From: an uncultured Haloferula sp.
GTDB taxonomy: Bacteria; Verrucomicrobiota; Verrucomicrobiia; Verrucomicrobiales; Akkermansiaceae
Reading direction: 5' to 3'
Assembly (NCBI GenBank): GCA_965652295.1
Contig: CBFGTS010000004.1
Span: 233,046-297,045 of the forward strand
DNA: 64,000 bases
Shown here: positions 32,297 to 42,297 of the stretch, in pieces
How the letters are laid out: each line of letters starts with the position of its first letter
Position numbering within the stretch: the first letter of the stretch is position 1
The notes under the pieces: model-generated
What the model saw: the letters and a program-made list of their open reading frames with translations, nothing else
Told to the model about the DNA's origin: nothing
Database searches by the model: none
Position numbers and translations under genes: made by a program

Positions 32297-33093
32297 CCGG
32301 TTTGTGGATCCTGCTGGGAGCGGTGGTCTTGCTGGCAGCGGTGACGGTGTGGCATGGATCGCGGAAGTCGCGTCGGCGGAAGGCCTGGCGGGCGGTGCGT
32401 CTGACGGCGGAGCAGGCGGCGAGGGTGGAGCGCCGGTTTCCGCTGTGGAAACGGGTGCCCGAGCGCACGCGGCAGCTGGCGGAAGGGTGGATGCGGGTGT
32501 TTCTGGAGGAGAAGGTGTTCGAGCCCTGCGGGGGGCTCACGGAGGTGACCGAGGAAATGATGCTGGCGATCGCCGCGCCGGCCTGCCTGTTGATCGCGCA
32601 CCGGCCGCAGGACTACTATGAACGCTTGAGATCGGTGTTGGTCTATCCGGATGCCTACCGGGTGAAGGATGAGTGGGGGATGGAGGACGTGAGGCTGGGC
32701 GAATCCTGGGACTCGGGCAGCGTGGTGCTGGCGTGGGAAAGCGTGGTGCAGGGGGATGCGAATCCGGAGGACGGATTGAACGTGGTGCTGCATGAATTCG
32801 CCCACCAGCTCGATCAGGAAGACGGCGCGGCGGACGGGGTGCCGGAGTTCGAGGAGGTGGAGGATTACGGCAGGTGGTCGCGGGCGATGGCCCCGGCGTA
32901 CGAGGCCTTCGTCGAGCGGGTGAATGCGGGCAAGCGCACGGTGCTCGACGACTACGGTGCGCAGAGCCCGGCGGAGTTTTTCGCGGTGGCGACGGAAACG
33001 TTCTTCGAGCGCGGGCCGGCGTTAAAACGCGAGGAGCCGGAGGTTTACGCGGAGCTGGCGCGGTTTTACGGGGTCGATCCGGCGGAGTGGTGA
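32293..33093 (+). CDS. Zinc-dependent peptidase M90 (MtfA family)
   Basis: LVYP, GESW, DG.NVVLHEFAHQLD, YGA..PAEFFAV.TE.FFE. Confidence 0.92.
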   Translation: MTGLWILLGAVVLLAAVTVWHGSRKSRRRKAWRAVRLTAEQAARVERRFPLWKRVPERTRQLAEGWMRVFLEEKVFEPCGGLTEVTEEMMLAIAAPACLLIAHRPQDYYERLRSVLVYPDAYRVKDEWGMEDVRLGESWDSGSVVLAWESVVQGDANPEDGLNVVLHEFAHQLDQEDGAADGVPEFEEVEDYGRWSRAMAPAYEAFVERVNAGKRTVLDDYGAQSPAEFFAVATETFFERGPALKREEPEVYAELARFYGVDPAEW

Positions 33094-33109
33094 TGTTAGA
33101 AAACGAGCG

Positions 33110-34084
33110 ATGAGTACCAAGCACACGCGGCGGCCGTTCGAGCGGATGCATCGGATTCATCAAGCGATCCAGAGTGGTCGGCTGCCGAACTGCACGACCC
33201 TGGCAGCGGAGCTGGAGGTGACGCCGAAAACAGTGATGCGGGACATCACCTTCATGCGCGACACCTTCCGGCTGCCGCTGGAATACGACGGGCAGAGGCA
33301 CGGCTACCGCTACACGGGGGAGGTTTCGGATTTCCCGCAGTTCGAGATCGGCGAGGAGGAAATGGCTTCGCTGTTCCTCGCGCGGCATGCGTTGGAATCG
33401 ATCCGCGGCACCGAGCTGGCGGACAAGCTGCGGGCGGCGTTCGCGCGGCTCACTTCCTCGCTGGGCGAGAGGGTGAATCTGAGTTGGGATGACCTCGATC
33501 TGGCGTTCTCCCGCAAGGTGGCGGAGGTGCGGGGGCACGACGTCCAGCGTTTCGGACAGCTCGCGGATGCGGTGATCCAGCAAAGGGTTGTGGGTTTCCA
33601 CTACCGCAAGCTGGGCGCGGAAACGGCGGAGCCGCGCAGGGTGCAACCACTGCATCTGGGCGAGGTCGATGGCGGGTGGTATTTGATCGCCTTCGATCCG
33701 CTAAGGGAGGCGATGCGGACGTTTTCGCTGGTGAGGATGACGCGGCTCAAGACGCTGGCGGAATCGTTTGTCCGGCCGGCGGATTTCGACGGTCCGGCGT
33801 ATTTGAGGAAAAGCTTCGGAGTCTGGAGCGGCGGCCGGCCGGAGCTGGTGAAGGTGCGGTTGAGCGGTTACGCGGCGCGGCTCGCGCAAGAGCGGCGCTG
33901 GCATCCGACGCAGGAAATCGAGATGTTGGATGCGAAAGGCGAGCTGGTGGAGGTGCGCTTTGAAGTCGGCTCGCTGCCCGAGGTGGTGCGCTGGGTGCTG
34001 AGCTTCGGCAGCAAGGCGAAAGTACTGGATCCCCCGGAGTTGAAGACGCTGGTGGCGGAAGAGGTGAGGTTGATGGGGGCGTAG
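33110..34084 (+). CDS. HTH-WYL transcriptional regulator (YafY/PafBC family)
   Basis: N-terminal HTH (LA.ELEV..KTV.RDI), R.V.P..L....GWYL.A, RTF...R, WCX-like tail. Confidence 0.93.
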   Translation: MSTKHTRRPFERMHRIHQAIQSGRLPNCTTLAAELEVTPKTVMRDITFMRDTFRLPLEYDGQRHGYRYTGEVSDFPQFEIGEEEMASLFLARHALESIRGTELADKLRAAFARLTSSLGERVNLSWDDLDLAFSRKVAEVRGHDVQRFGQLADAVIQQRVVGFHYRKLGAETAEPRRVQPLHLGEVDGGWYLIAFDPLREAMRTFSLVRMTRLKTLAESFVRPADFDGPAYLRKSFGVWSGGRPELVKVRLSGYAARLAQERRWHPTQEIEMLDAKGELVEVRFEVGSLPEVVRWVLSFGSKAKVLDPPELKTLVAEEVRLMGA

Positions 34085-34265
34085 GGGCTGGTGGTAGTCG
34101 GGAGGGGGGCGGCGCGGGCTGATTTCCTCGGCTCCTCTGTGATCCAAAGGCGGGGAGCACCCGGTAGCCGCCGCAAAATCGACGGAGAGCCTATTTTGCG
34201 AACTTTTTGCAGAACTGTTGCAGACCTTTGGCGCAGGCTCTGGCGGAATGGGTTGTGATCAGCGT

Positions 34266-35678
34266 ATGAAACAAATTCTGCTTTGGAGTCTCGTGGTTTC
34301 TTCCGTTCTGGCCGCTGCGGAGAAAAACCCTTTTGTCGCCGCCCGGACGAGCGGGAGCCAGCCGATGTCCTCAACCGAAGGGCGGCCGTGCGAGTTCATG
34401 CTCGAGCACGTTCTGGTGGACTCCGCGATGCTGTTGGAGTGGGAAAAGAAAGGCGGCGGCACGGATGACGAGCTGCACGAGATGGTCGTGGGATGGATGA
34501 AGGACGGCCATGCGGTGCTGGATCACACAGCTTGGGTGGCAGGAATTTCGGGTGATTGGAACAGGGTGGATCAAATCGTGGAGCAAACCTATCCGACTGA
34601 GTTTTTGCCCGGGGGTAAGGGCGCGTGGCCCCATCCGACCTCGTTTGAAACCCGCAACTGTGGTTATTCTTTTGCCCCGCGGTTGACCAAGGATTCGCAG
34701 CGGTGGAAGGCGGAGTGGGAAATCGGGCTAACCCAGATGATCTCGCCCGGCAGGCCGTATCATCCCATGGCCGAAAGGACGAGAGAGGACGGGGATGTTT
34801 TTGTGCCGGAGTTCCGCAGCTTGGCGTCCTCTGCCGGTGGAAAGGGCCGTGGCGATGACCCATTTACCGAGGAGGTCGAGAAGCCGGCTCCGGCACCGGT
34901 GGTTTTCGAGGGCGGGCGAAGGTACCTGTGGGGAAGATTCGACGAGGCGGGAAGGGACGGCGATGAATCCACATCGCGGCTGGTGTTCGTCCGAAGTGTG
35001 CTCGCCCCGGAACCCGTTGCAGCGGGAGTGGATCGAGCGATGAGAATCAAACTCCGGGTTTTCCGGGCTTCCCATGAGGAGATCTGGTCCTGGCTGAACG
35101 AGCATCCGGGCTTGGTGCAGGATTCGGCATGGGATGCGCTGCGGGAAGGGTCGATGATTCCAGCGTGGGCGTTGGAGGGTTGGCTTCCCAAGTCGGGCCG
35201 CACTGAGATCGAGAACGTCAGGGAGTACTTGTATCCGACCGAGTGGGTCCCGGGTATGAAGTGGCAGGAAACGAAGCGATGGGAGGAATTGACCAAACGT
35301 GGCGGAAAGGACGGCGTGGCGACCCAGGTGATCAATCAAGTCGTGGAGCCAGCGGTGGGGGTGGGAATGGCGATGAGTCCGACTTCGTTCGAAACCCGGA
35401 ATCGTGGGGAGAGTCTCGATGCGGAGATTGACGGGGAGCGGGTTCGTCTGTTCATCAGACGCGTTGAAAAGGTCGGGGACTCGGTCCACCACCGGGTGCA
35501 GGAGGGCGAAGATTGGGTGGCCGACGCGACCATGCCTGAATTTTCATACAGCTATGTCTCGACCTCGCTTCCGGCGCGTCCGTGCGGATGGAAGCTGGTC
35601 GGCGTGGGAGGCGAGTTTCTTGAGCAGGGGCGTGCCGATCGCGAGCACCGTCTGCTGTATTTCGTGAAACTGGAGTGA
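34266..35678 (+). CDS. Secreted protein with two YPTE...PTSFETRN.G modules (secretin C-terminal-like)
   Basis: Signal peptide; EQTYPTEFLPG...PTSFETRNCG and EYLYPTEWVPG...PTSFETRNRG. Confidence 0.65.
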   Translation: MKQILLWSLVVSSVLAAAEKNPFVAARTSGSQPMSSTEGRPCEFMLEHVLVDSAMLLEWEKKGGGTDDELHEMVVGWMKDGHAVLDHTAWVAGISGDWNRVDQIVEQTYPTEFLPGGKGAWPHPTSFETRNCGYSFAPRLTKDSQRWKAEWEIGLTQMISPGRPYHPMAERTREDGDVFVPEFRSLASSAGGKGRGDDPFTEEVEKPAPAPVVFEGGRRYLWGRFDEAGRDGDESTSRLVFVRSVLAPEPVAAGVDRAMRIKLRVFRASHEEIWSWLNEHPGLVQDSAWDALREGSMIPAWALEGWLPKSGRTEIENVREYLYPTEWVPGMKWQETKRWEELTKRGGKDGVATQVINQVVEPAVGVGMAMSPTSFETRNRGESLDAEIDGERVRLFIRRVEKVGDSVHHRVQEGEDWVADATMPEFSYSYVSTSLPARPCGWKLVGVGGEFLEQGRADREHRLLYFVKLE

Positions 35679-35700
35679 CATCTTTCCAAGGACGAAGAGG

Positions 35701-37179
35701 ATGAAAGGGATGATGCCGGGAAAGGCCGCCGTGGTGGCGACGTTGGGAATCGCGATAAGCCTCGCGGTCGTGACCTCGGTGGCCGGCTGGAGGATGGCGC
35801 GGCAGATCGAGTGGGTGCCGGTGGAGGGTTCCGCGGGTTGGTGGGAGGATCGTTTCTCCGTCGCGGTGGCGAAGTTGGATGACCTGGAGGCGAAGTGGGA
35901 AGGTGCGCTGGATTCCGCGGCCGAAGGCCTTCTTGCGGGCGAAGCTCCGCGCCATGACGTGGTCGGCGTGCGCAGCGTTTACCGGCTCGAAGCTCAGAAG
36001 CGGGAGGCGGTCTGGATGGAAGGGGTGAAGCTCGATTCGCCGCCCATCCTCGGGCGGTATGCGGAGGAGGATGAAGGCTGGGTTTTCCCGGATAGCGGGT
36101 TGAGAGGACGTGGGTTTATGGAGGAGGCGGATCGGCCGCTGTGCTACGTGAGGGGGGATGGTCGGCAAGCGGTGGTCATGGTGCTGGATCGCGCCGCCGC
36201 TGCGGAGATCGCGGTGCGTGAGGCGGGGTTGACGGGGGGTAAGGAAGAGGGCGGGGCGCGGTGGGAATGGTTGTCTCCGGCGATCCTCCCTGAGAGTGGG
36301 ATGCACCGACGGGCGGATGAGTCGATCCGGCACTTGTCAGGCTTCGGGCCGTGGACGATGAGGGTCTGGAATCCGGTGGAGCTGAAGGTCTCGTATGCCG
36401 TCCCGGTGCTGGCGGGCGGGTTCGCCTTGGCGGGATTCCTGCTGTTCGGAGGTGGGTTGCTGGCGTGGATCCAGTGGCGGGCGATGCGTCTGGCGGCGAG
36501 GCAGGTGAGCTTTGCCAATCAGGTATCCCATGAGCTGAGGACACCGCTGACGAACCTGATGCTGAACGCGGACCTGGCGATGGACGGCGTGGATGACGCC
36601 GACGGCCCCGTGGGCAAGAGGATCCGGGCGATCGGTGAGGAATCGGCGCGGCTTTCGAAGACGATCGATCAGGTGCTGGATTTCGCGAAGGGCGGGGGCG
36701 AAATCCGGCCCACGGAGGAAGTGGATCTGTCGAAACTGGTCCGCGAGGTGGCGGCCCGGTTCGAGCTGCCGTTTGCGCGGCAGCGCATGCGGCTGGAGGT
36801 GGATTGTCCGGAATGCGCGAGGGTCCGTGCCGCTGAGTCCGCGCTGGAGCGGATCTTGTTGAACCTGCTCTCGAACGCGGAGCGCTATGCGGGTGCGGAG
36901 ACGACGGTGAAGGTCTCGGTATTTCGCCGAAATGGCGGCTGGCAGGTGGAGGTGAGCGACGATGGTCCGGGGGTGCCCAAGGGGGCGGAAAAGAGGATCT
37001 TCATTCCATTTGTGCGTGGAAAACGTTCGACGCGGGAGGGAGCGAGCGGGACCGGGCTGGGGCTTTCCATCAGCCGGGATCTCGCAGAACGGATGGGTGG
37101 CACGCTGAAGTGGCTGCCATCCGAGCGTGGGGCAAGGTTCTGCCTGAGCTTGTCCGATGCGGAAAGGAGGACGGGATGA
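35701..37179 (+). CDS. Sensor histidine kinase (HisKA)
   Basis: Two TMs, VSHELRTPL, NLLSNA, DDGPG, GTGLGL. Confidence 0.93.
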   Translation: MKGMMPGKAAVVATLGIAISLAVVTSVAGWRMARQIEWVPVEGSAGWWEDRFSVAVAKLDDLEAKWEGALDSAAEGLLAGEAPRHDVVGVRSVYRLEAQKREAVWMEGVKLDSPPILGRYAEEDEGWVFPDSGLRGRGFMEEADRPLCYVRGDGRQAVVMVLDRAAAAEIAVREAGLTGGKEEGGARWEWLSPAILPESGMHRRADESIRHLSGFGPWTMRVWNPVELKVSYAVPVLAGGFALAGFLLFGGGLLAWIQWRAMRLAARQVSFANQVSHELRTPLTNLMLNADLAMDGVDDADGPVGKRIRAIGEESARLSKTIDQVLDFAKGGGEIRPTEEVDLSKLVREVAARFELPFARQRMRLEVDCPECARVRAAESALERILLNLLSNAERYAGAETTVKVSVFRRNGGWQVEVSDDGPGVPKGAEKRIFIPFVRGKRSTREGASGTGLGLSISRDLAERMGGTLKWLPSERGARFCLSLSDAERRTG

Positions 37180-37859
37180 AAGTGCTGGTGGCGGAGGACG
37201 ACGACCGGACGCGGGAGGCGGTTGCGGCGGTGTTGGCTGGCGACGGGCACGAGGTGCTGGTTGCGGAGGATGGTGTCCGGGCCCGGCGGCTTTGGGACCG
37301 GGAAAGGCCGCAGATGGTGCTGTTGGACATCATGATGCCGGAGCTGAGTGGGTATGACGTGTGTCGCCACATCCGGCGGTCCGACAAGAAGGTGCCGGTG
37401 TTGTTCCTCTCGGCGAAATCGGAGGAGATCGACGTGGTGGTGGGGCTGGAGCTGGGCGCGGACGATTTCGTGCGGAAGCCCTTCGGGAAAAGCGAGCTGC
37501 TGGCGCGGGTCCACGCGGCGGCGAGGCGGTCGGGGCTCACGGATGAGCCGGAGGTGATCGAGCTGGGTCGGTGGCGGGTGTTTCCCAGACGTCTGGTGGC
37601 GGAGGGTGAGACCACGCAGGACCTCACCGTGCGCGAGGTGAAGATGCTCACGCTGCTTGCCTCCCGGCGCGGAGAGGTGGTGATGCGGGATGAGATCCTG
37701 AACGTTTGCTGGGGAATGGAATACTTCCCGGAGTCGCGAACGCTCGATCAGCATGTGCTGAATTTGCGCAAGAAGCTGGCGGCGGATCCGGCGAGACCGC
37801 AGTGGATCGAAACGGTCCGTGGAGCGGGTTACCGGATGCCGGTGGAGCAGGGGGAATGA
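37176..37859 (+). CDS. OmpR-family response regulator
   Basis: AEDD, LLDIMMP, GADD...KPF, LT.RE, SRTLDQH..NLRKK, TVRG.GY. Confidence 0.95.
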   Translation: MKVLVAEDDDRTREAVAAVLAGDGHEVLVAEDGVRARRLWDRERPQMVLLDIMMPELSGYDVCRHIRRSDKKVPVLFLSAKSEEIDVVVGLELGADDFVRKPFGKSELLARVHAAARRSGLTDEPEVIELGRWRVFPRRLVAEGETTQDLTVREVKMLTLLASRRGEVVMRDEILNVCWGMEYFPESRTLDQHVLNLRKKLAADPARPQWIETVRGAGYRMPVEQGE

Positions 37860-37896
37860 CCGGCTGCAGGGTTGTGGGACGGGGGCGTCCCACCCC

Positions 37897-39003
37897 CTAT
37901 TTGGCGGAGAATCGGTGGATCTCGATGTGGCGGTAGGTTTCGCCGGGTTCGAGGTAGGGGGAGGGGAAGGTGGGCTGGTTGGGGGCGTCGGGGAAGTTCT
38001 CGGTCTCCAGGCAGACGCCGCTGCGGAAGGGATAGGCGACGCCGCCCTTGCCGGTGAGATGAGGGGGCTGGAAGCACTCGGCGGAGAGGAAATTGCCGCA
38101 GTAGACCTGCACGGCGGGTTGATTGGTGAAGACTTCCAAGGTCCGGCCGGTGGCGGGATGATGCAGGGTGGCGGCAGGGAAAAGGTCTTCGTTTTCGTAG
38201 TCGTCGAGCACCCAGGCGTGGTCGTAGCCGTTGGCGAACTGGAGGCAGGCGAAGTCGTCGTCGATGCGCTCGCCGATGGCGGTGGGGCGGAGGAAATCCA
38301 GCGGGGTGCCGGCCACGGACCGACGTTCACCGGTGGGGATCAGTCCGGCATCGGTGGGCAGGTAGTGGGAGGCGCGGACCTGGAGCTGGTGGTCGTGAAT
38401 GTCGCTCTGAGGATTGCCGGAGAGGTTCCAGTAGCTGTGGTGGACGAGGTTGATGACCGTGGTGCGGTCGGTGGTGGCGGTGGCTTCCCAGATCAATTCG
38501 TCATCCTCGGTCAGGGTGTAGGTGACGTAGCTGTCGAGCGTGCCGGGGTAGCCGTCATCGCCATCGTGCGAGAGGTAACGGAAGACGACGCGCGATCCGT
38601 CGGCCTCGATGATTTCCCAGAGTTTGCGGCTGAACCCGACGGCTCCGCCATGAAGGTGGCAGGGGATGCCGCCGGGGTGGTTGTTGGTGGCGAGCTGGAG
38701 GAACTCATCGCCAATGGTGAGCGTGCCGCTGGCGATGCGGTTTCCAAAGCGACCGACAGTGGCTCCGAAATAGGGGTTGGAGGCCGAGGCATAGCCTGAG
38801 ACGGAATCGTAGCCGAGGGTGATGTCGGCGAGCTGTCCCTCGCGGTCCGGAGCATGGAGGCTGACCAGGGCCGCACCGAAATTGGTAAGGGTGGCGACGA
38901 GTCCGTGGGAATTGCGCAGGGTGACGAGGCTGGCCTCCCGTCCGTCAGCGAGGGTGCCGAAAGAGCGGATGTCTGCGGAAAGGCTGGCGGAGCTCGTCGT
39001 CAT
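37897..39003 (-). CDS. galM: Aldose 1-epimerase (galactose mutarotase)
   Basis: FGATVGR..NRI, HLHGG, GYPG, NL.HHSYWNL, GYDH, CLET..FPD.PN. Confidence 0.95.
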   Translation of the reverse strand: MTTSSASLSADIRSFGTLADGREASLVTLRNSHGLVATLTNFGAALVSLHAPDREGQLADITLGYDSVSGYASASNPYFGATVGRFGNRIASGTLTIGDEFLQLATNNHPGGIPCHLHGGAVGFSRKLWEIIEADGSRVVFRYLSHDGDDGYPGTLDSYVTYTLTEDDELIWEATATTDRTTVINLVHHSYWNLSGNPQSDIHDHQLQVRASHYLPTDAGLIPTGERRSVAGTPLDFLRPTAIGERIDDDFACLQFANGYDHAWVLDDYENEDLFPAATLHHPATGRTLEVFTNQPAVQVYCGNFLSAECFQPPHLTGKGGVAYPFRSGVCLETENFPDAPNQPTFPSPYLEPGETYRHIEIHRFSAK

Positions 39004-39179
39004 GTCAGAGCGAGCATCCCTCGTGCGGGGTATCATTGCCAAGGGGATTTCGGGGCTTGTTCGGTCATTCCCGAAGAATGGGCTTTACAAGGGATGGCGG
39101 ATACCTATTTTCCGCGGCCCCGCGACCGGTTTAGCCAGCGCGTTCACCCTTTTCCATTCACTTCCGACATTTCGATCCC

Positions 39180-39344
39180 ATGAAAGTTCTTTCCTCGCTC
39201 TCCTCCGCCAAGCGCCGTCACGCCGACTGCCAGGTGGTTTCGCGCAAGGGCACGACCTACGTGATCTGCAAGACGAACCCGAAGTTCAAGGCCCGCCAAG
39301 GCGCGACCAAGGGCACCCGCCTTTCGAAGAAGGGCGTGAAGTGA
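39180..39344 (+). CDS. rpmJ: 50S ribosomal protein L36, type B (YkgO-like), 54 aa
   Basis: Manual translation [54 protein letters not shown]; not in the ORF track. Confidence 0.95.
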   Translation: MKVLSSLSSAKRRHADCQVVSRKGTTYVICKTNPKFKARQGATKGTRLSKKGVK

Positions 39345-39373
39345 TGGTCGGTTGAAGATCGGCGATTTTTTGA

Positions 39374-39399
39374 GAAGGCGGCCCGCGGGTCGCCTTTTT
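39374..39399 (+). terminator. Probable terminator after rpmJ
   Basis: AAGGCGGCCC-GC-GGGTCGCCTTTTT hairpin plus T run. Confidence 0.6.
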
Positions 39400-39446
39400 C
39401 GTGGGCAGATGGCAACCCGCCCGGGTGAGCGACGGCGCTGGGTCGC

Positions 39447-40226
39447 CTACCGAAGTCGTTCGAGGATCCGGGCCGCGCAGGCGAGACCGAAGGCGGCGGT
39501 GACGTGGGTGCAGGAGCCGTAGCCGGCGTCGCAGCCGATCGCGCCGGGGAGGTCGACGGGACGATCGTGGCTGGTTTCGCCATCGCAGGTCGGGAAAACC
39601 GGCCGCTCGTCGGAGAAAACTGCCTCGATGCCGAAGGGTTCGGGATCGCCCTTGGCAGGGGCGGGGGGGAAGCCATGCTCGGTGCGGAGCTTGCGGCGGA
39701 CGGAGGCCAGCAGGGCGTCGCGGCCGCTGCGCGAGAGGTCGTCGACGCGGATGCGGGTGGGGTCGATGCGCCCGCCGGCGGCACCGGAAGTCACGGCGGG
39801 AAGCCCGCGCTCACGACAGGTGGTGAGCAGGTGGCACTTGGCGCGGAGCGAGTCGATGGCGTCGACCACGGCGTCCGGTGCGTGGTCAAAAATTTCGTCG
39901 GCGGTGCGCTCGGAGTAAAAAGAAGCGATCGACGTCACCCGCAGGTCGGGATTGATCGTGCGCAGGCGAGTGGCCATGACCTCGACCTTCGACCGGCCAT
40001 AGGTGCCGTCGTGGGCGTGGATCTGGCGGTTGGTGTTGGTGAGACAGAGGTCGTCGGGATCGATCAGGATCAGATGGCCAATGCCGCTGCGGGCGAGGCT
40101 TTCCGCGGCCCATGATCCGACCCCCCCGATGCCGGCGATGAGTACGGTGGAGGCGAGGAATTTTTCAAAGGAGACGCGGCCGTAGAGGCGGACGATGCCG
40201 GAAAGTCGTTCGTAGGAGGCGGACAC
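39447..40226 (-). CDS. tcdA: tRNA threonylcarbamoyladenosine dehydratase (ThiF family)
   Basis: GIGGVGSWAAESLARSG, NTNRQ, VDAID, GAAGG..DP, VFS.E, VTAAFG; GTG start. Confidence 0.9.
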   Translation of the reverse strand: MSASYERLSGIVRLYGRVSFEKFLASTVLIAGIGGVGSWAAESLARSGIGHLILIDPDDLCLTNTNRQIHAHDGTYGRSKVEVMATRLRTINPDLRVTSIASFYSERTADEIFDHAPDAVVDAIDSLRAKCHLLTTCRERGLPAVTSGAAGGRIDPTRIRVDDLSRSGRDALLASVRRKLRTEHGFPPAPAKGDPEPFGIEAVFSDERPVFPTCDGETSHDRPVDLPGAIGCDAGYGSCTHVTAAFGLACAARILERLR

Positions 40227-40314
40227 GGGCGACAGATACCAAAGATCCCGTTTCCGATAACCGAATTCCTCCGGGCCTCCGTCACCCGCTCTGAAATCAT
40301 CGATGGGATCGTCT

Positions 40315-41736
40315 CTATGTCTGCTTCGCCTTGTGTTGCTTGAAGATGGCGAGAGTGCGTTCGCGCTCGTTTTTGTGATCGACGATGGGCAGTGGGTACC
40401 CGGCCGCGAGCGGGACTCCATCGGAGGGGGGATGGTGGAAGCGATCGGCGGAAACATTCGCCAGCTCGGGCACCCATTTCCGGATGTAGGCACCGTCGGG
40501 ATCGTGGCGGGCCGACTGGGACCAAGGGTTCTGGATGCGGAAATAGGGGGCGGCGTCGGCACCGGTTCCGGCCGACCATTGCCAGCCTCCGTTGTTGGAG
40601 GCGATCTCGCCATCGACGAGCTGCTGCATGAAGTAGCTTTCGCCGAGCCGCCAATCCACGTGGAGATCCTTGGTCAGGAACATGGCGGTGATCATGCGCA
40701 GGCGGTTGTGCATGAAACCGGTTGCCCGCAGCTGGCGCATGCCGGCATCGACGATGGGAAATCCGGTAAGGCCGTCTTTCCAGGCCTCGAAAAGATGGCC
40801 GGGCTCATCCCATGGGAGGCCGCGCCAGACGGGGTTGAATTCCTCCTCCAGCACGTTCGGAAAGTGGTGGAGAATCGCCATGTAGAACTCCCGCCAGGCG
40901 AGTTCCTTGATGAAGGTCTCGATGCTCTCTTTGCTGGAAGCGGACCGGGTGCGGGCGAGAGCCTTGGCAGCCTCGGCGTAGACCTTGCGGATGGAGAGGA
41001 GGCCGAAACGGAGATCCTGCGAGAGGCGTGAGGTGCGCTCGATGGCGGGAACGTCGCGGGTCTTCTGGTAAGTGGAAATCCTGTGGTCGATGGCGGTTCT
41101 CAGTCGCTCCAGCGCCGCCCGTTCGCCGCCTTCAAGAACTCCTTCGGCCGGACCGGAAATCCTCCAGTGTCCGAGGGTCGGAAGCTCCTCCGACTGGATG
41201 CCGGCCGGGGTGTTGAGGGACTTCGGTTTCCCTTCGGGTGCCGCTTTCGGGAGGGAAAGCCAGTTCCTCGAATAGGGGGTAAAGACGCGGTAGGGGTCGC
41301 CCGACTGGGTCAGGACCTCATGCGGTCCGTGAAGCGTGTGATCGTGGAATCCGTGGCACTCGATGCCCCACGTGCGGCAGGCCGCGTGCAGCTGCTTCTC
41401 GACGGATCGGCCGTAGGGGTCGGGATCGAGATTGAAATAAACGGCCGTGGCGCGGGTTTCGCGGACGAGCTTTCCGAGTTCCGCTACGGCCTCGCCGTTC
41501 CGGACGATCAGACGTCCGCCCACGGTTTCCAAGTTCCGCGCCAGCGACTTGAGCGAACGGCACAGATGCGATTGCCGGTTGGGGCCGGTCCACGCGTGGG
41601 CTTCCTTCCACGTGGTTGTCACATATACGGGAACGACCGCATCCGACGCCCCGGCGGCTCGCAAGAGGGCGGGGTTGTCAGAGATGCGGAGATCGCGGCG
41701 GAACCAGTGGATGGCCGGGGGAGGAGCGCTCGGCAT
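40315..41736 (-). CDS. phrB: Deoxyribodipyrimidine photolyase / cryptochrome family
   Basis: WFRRDLR..DN, TSRLS..LRFG, WREFY, TGFP.VDA.MR, MHNR.RM, NNGGWQW.A..G.DAAP.FR. Confidence 0.93.
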   Translation of the reverse strand: MPSAPPPAIHWFRRDLRISDNPALLRAAGASDAVVPVYVTTTWKEAHAWTGPNRQSHLCRSLKSLARNLETVGGRLIVRNGEAVAELGKLVRETRATAVYFNLDPDPYGRSVEKQLHAACRTWGIECHGFHDHTLHGPHEVLTQSGDPYRVFTPYSRNWLSLPKAAPEGKPKSLNTPAGIQSEELPTLGHWRISGPAEGVLEGGERAALERLRTAIDHRISTYQKTRDVPAIERTSRLSQDLRFGLLSIRKVYAEAAKALARTRSASSKESIETFIKELAWREFYMAILHHFPNVLEEEFNPVWRGLPWDEPGHLFEAWKDGLTGFPIVDAGMRQLRATGFMHNRLRMITAMFLTKDLHVDWRLGESYFMQQLVDGEIASNNGGWQWSAGTGADAAPYFRIQNPWSQSARHDPDGAYIRKWVPELANVSADRFHHPPSDGVPLAAGYPLPIVDHKNERERTLAIFKQHKAKQT

Positions 41737-41742
41737 GGGTGG

Positions 41743-42003
41743 TCAGGAACGCGAGAGGATCTTCTCGATCTTCCTGACCGTCGAGTCGCTGAGCTTCCCT
41801 TGCACCCGGCGGGAACGGGAAATGACGTCTTTGACCTCTTCCAGTGCGGCTTCGGCGGCTTCGAGAGCTTTCTTGCCGCTGCCGTACTGCTTGTCGGAAT
41901 AATACTTCGTAAACGTCGCGCCTCCACGGCTGATGCAGAGGCGCCAGCCTTGGAATGCGGTATTCTCGTAAGTGAACCGGGTCAGGTTCCGCTTGGACTT
42001 CAT
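41743..42003 (-). CDS. Small basic protein, AP2-like DNA-binding domain candidate (86 aa)
   Basis: NLTRF...FQGWRLCISRGG..FTKYYSDKQYGS.KKAL.AA. Confidence 0.6.
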   Translation of the reverse strand: MKSKRNLTRFTYENTAFQGWRLCISRGGATFTKYYSDKQYGSGKKALEAAEAALEEVKDVISRSRRVQGKLSDSTVRKIEKILSRS

Positions 42004-42297
42004 CGCGGGTGATTGGGTGGTGGACGCGGCTTTCACGCCGTACCATACCACCCGGCCTCGAGAACGCGACCGGATTTTAATTTCGCGCAAATTTCTGTTG
42101 GAGGGGCCCTGATAGAGGTTCCGGAGGCTGCCGAAAAACCGGCGGATCCGCGGAAAATTTGCTTTGCCAATCCGGGGGGCATCCCCTTTAGTCCCCGCCC
42201 GCGCGATCCAACCGAACCGCCGTTGGTCCCTCGGAGGTGGATGATTCCCATCACCACTCCTGCGCGCCGAGGGGAAACCCGGCACATCGAACCTACC

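Noticed and set aside
33110..34084. WYL regulator as a marker of a defence island
   Set aside because: The neighbours (MtfA, CorA-like, two-component system) show no defence-type motifs.
37874..37893. GTGGGACG-GGGG-CGTCCCAC hairpin between converging genes
   Set aside because: Single copy in the window and no T tract; cannot distinguish a REP from a terminator.
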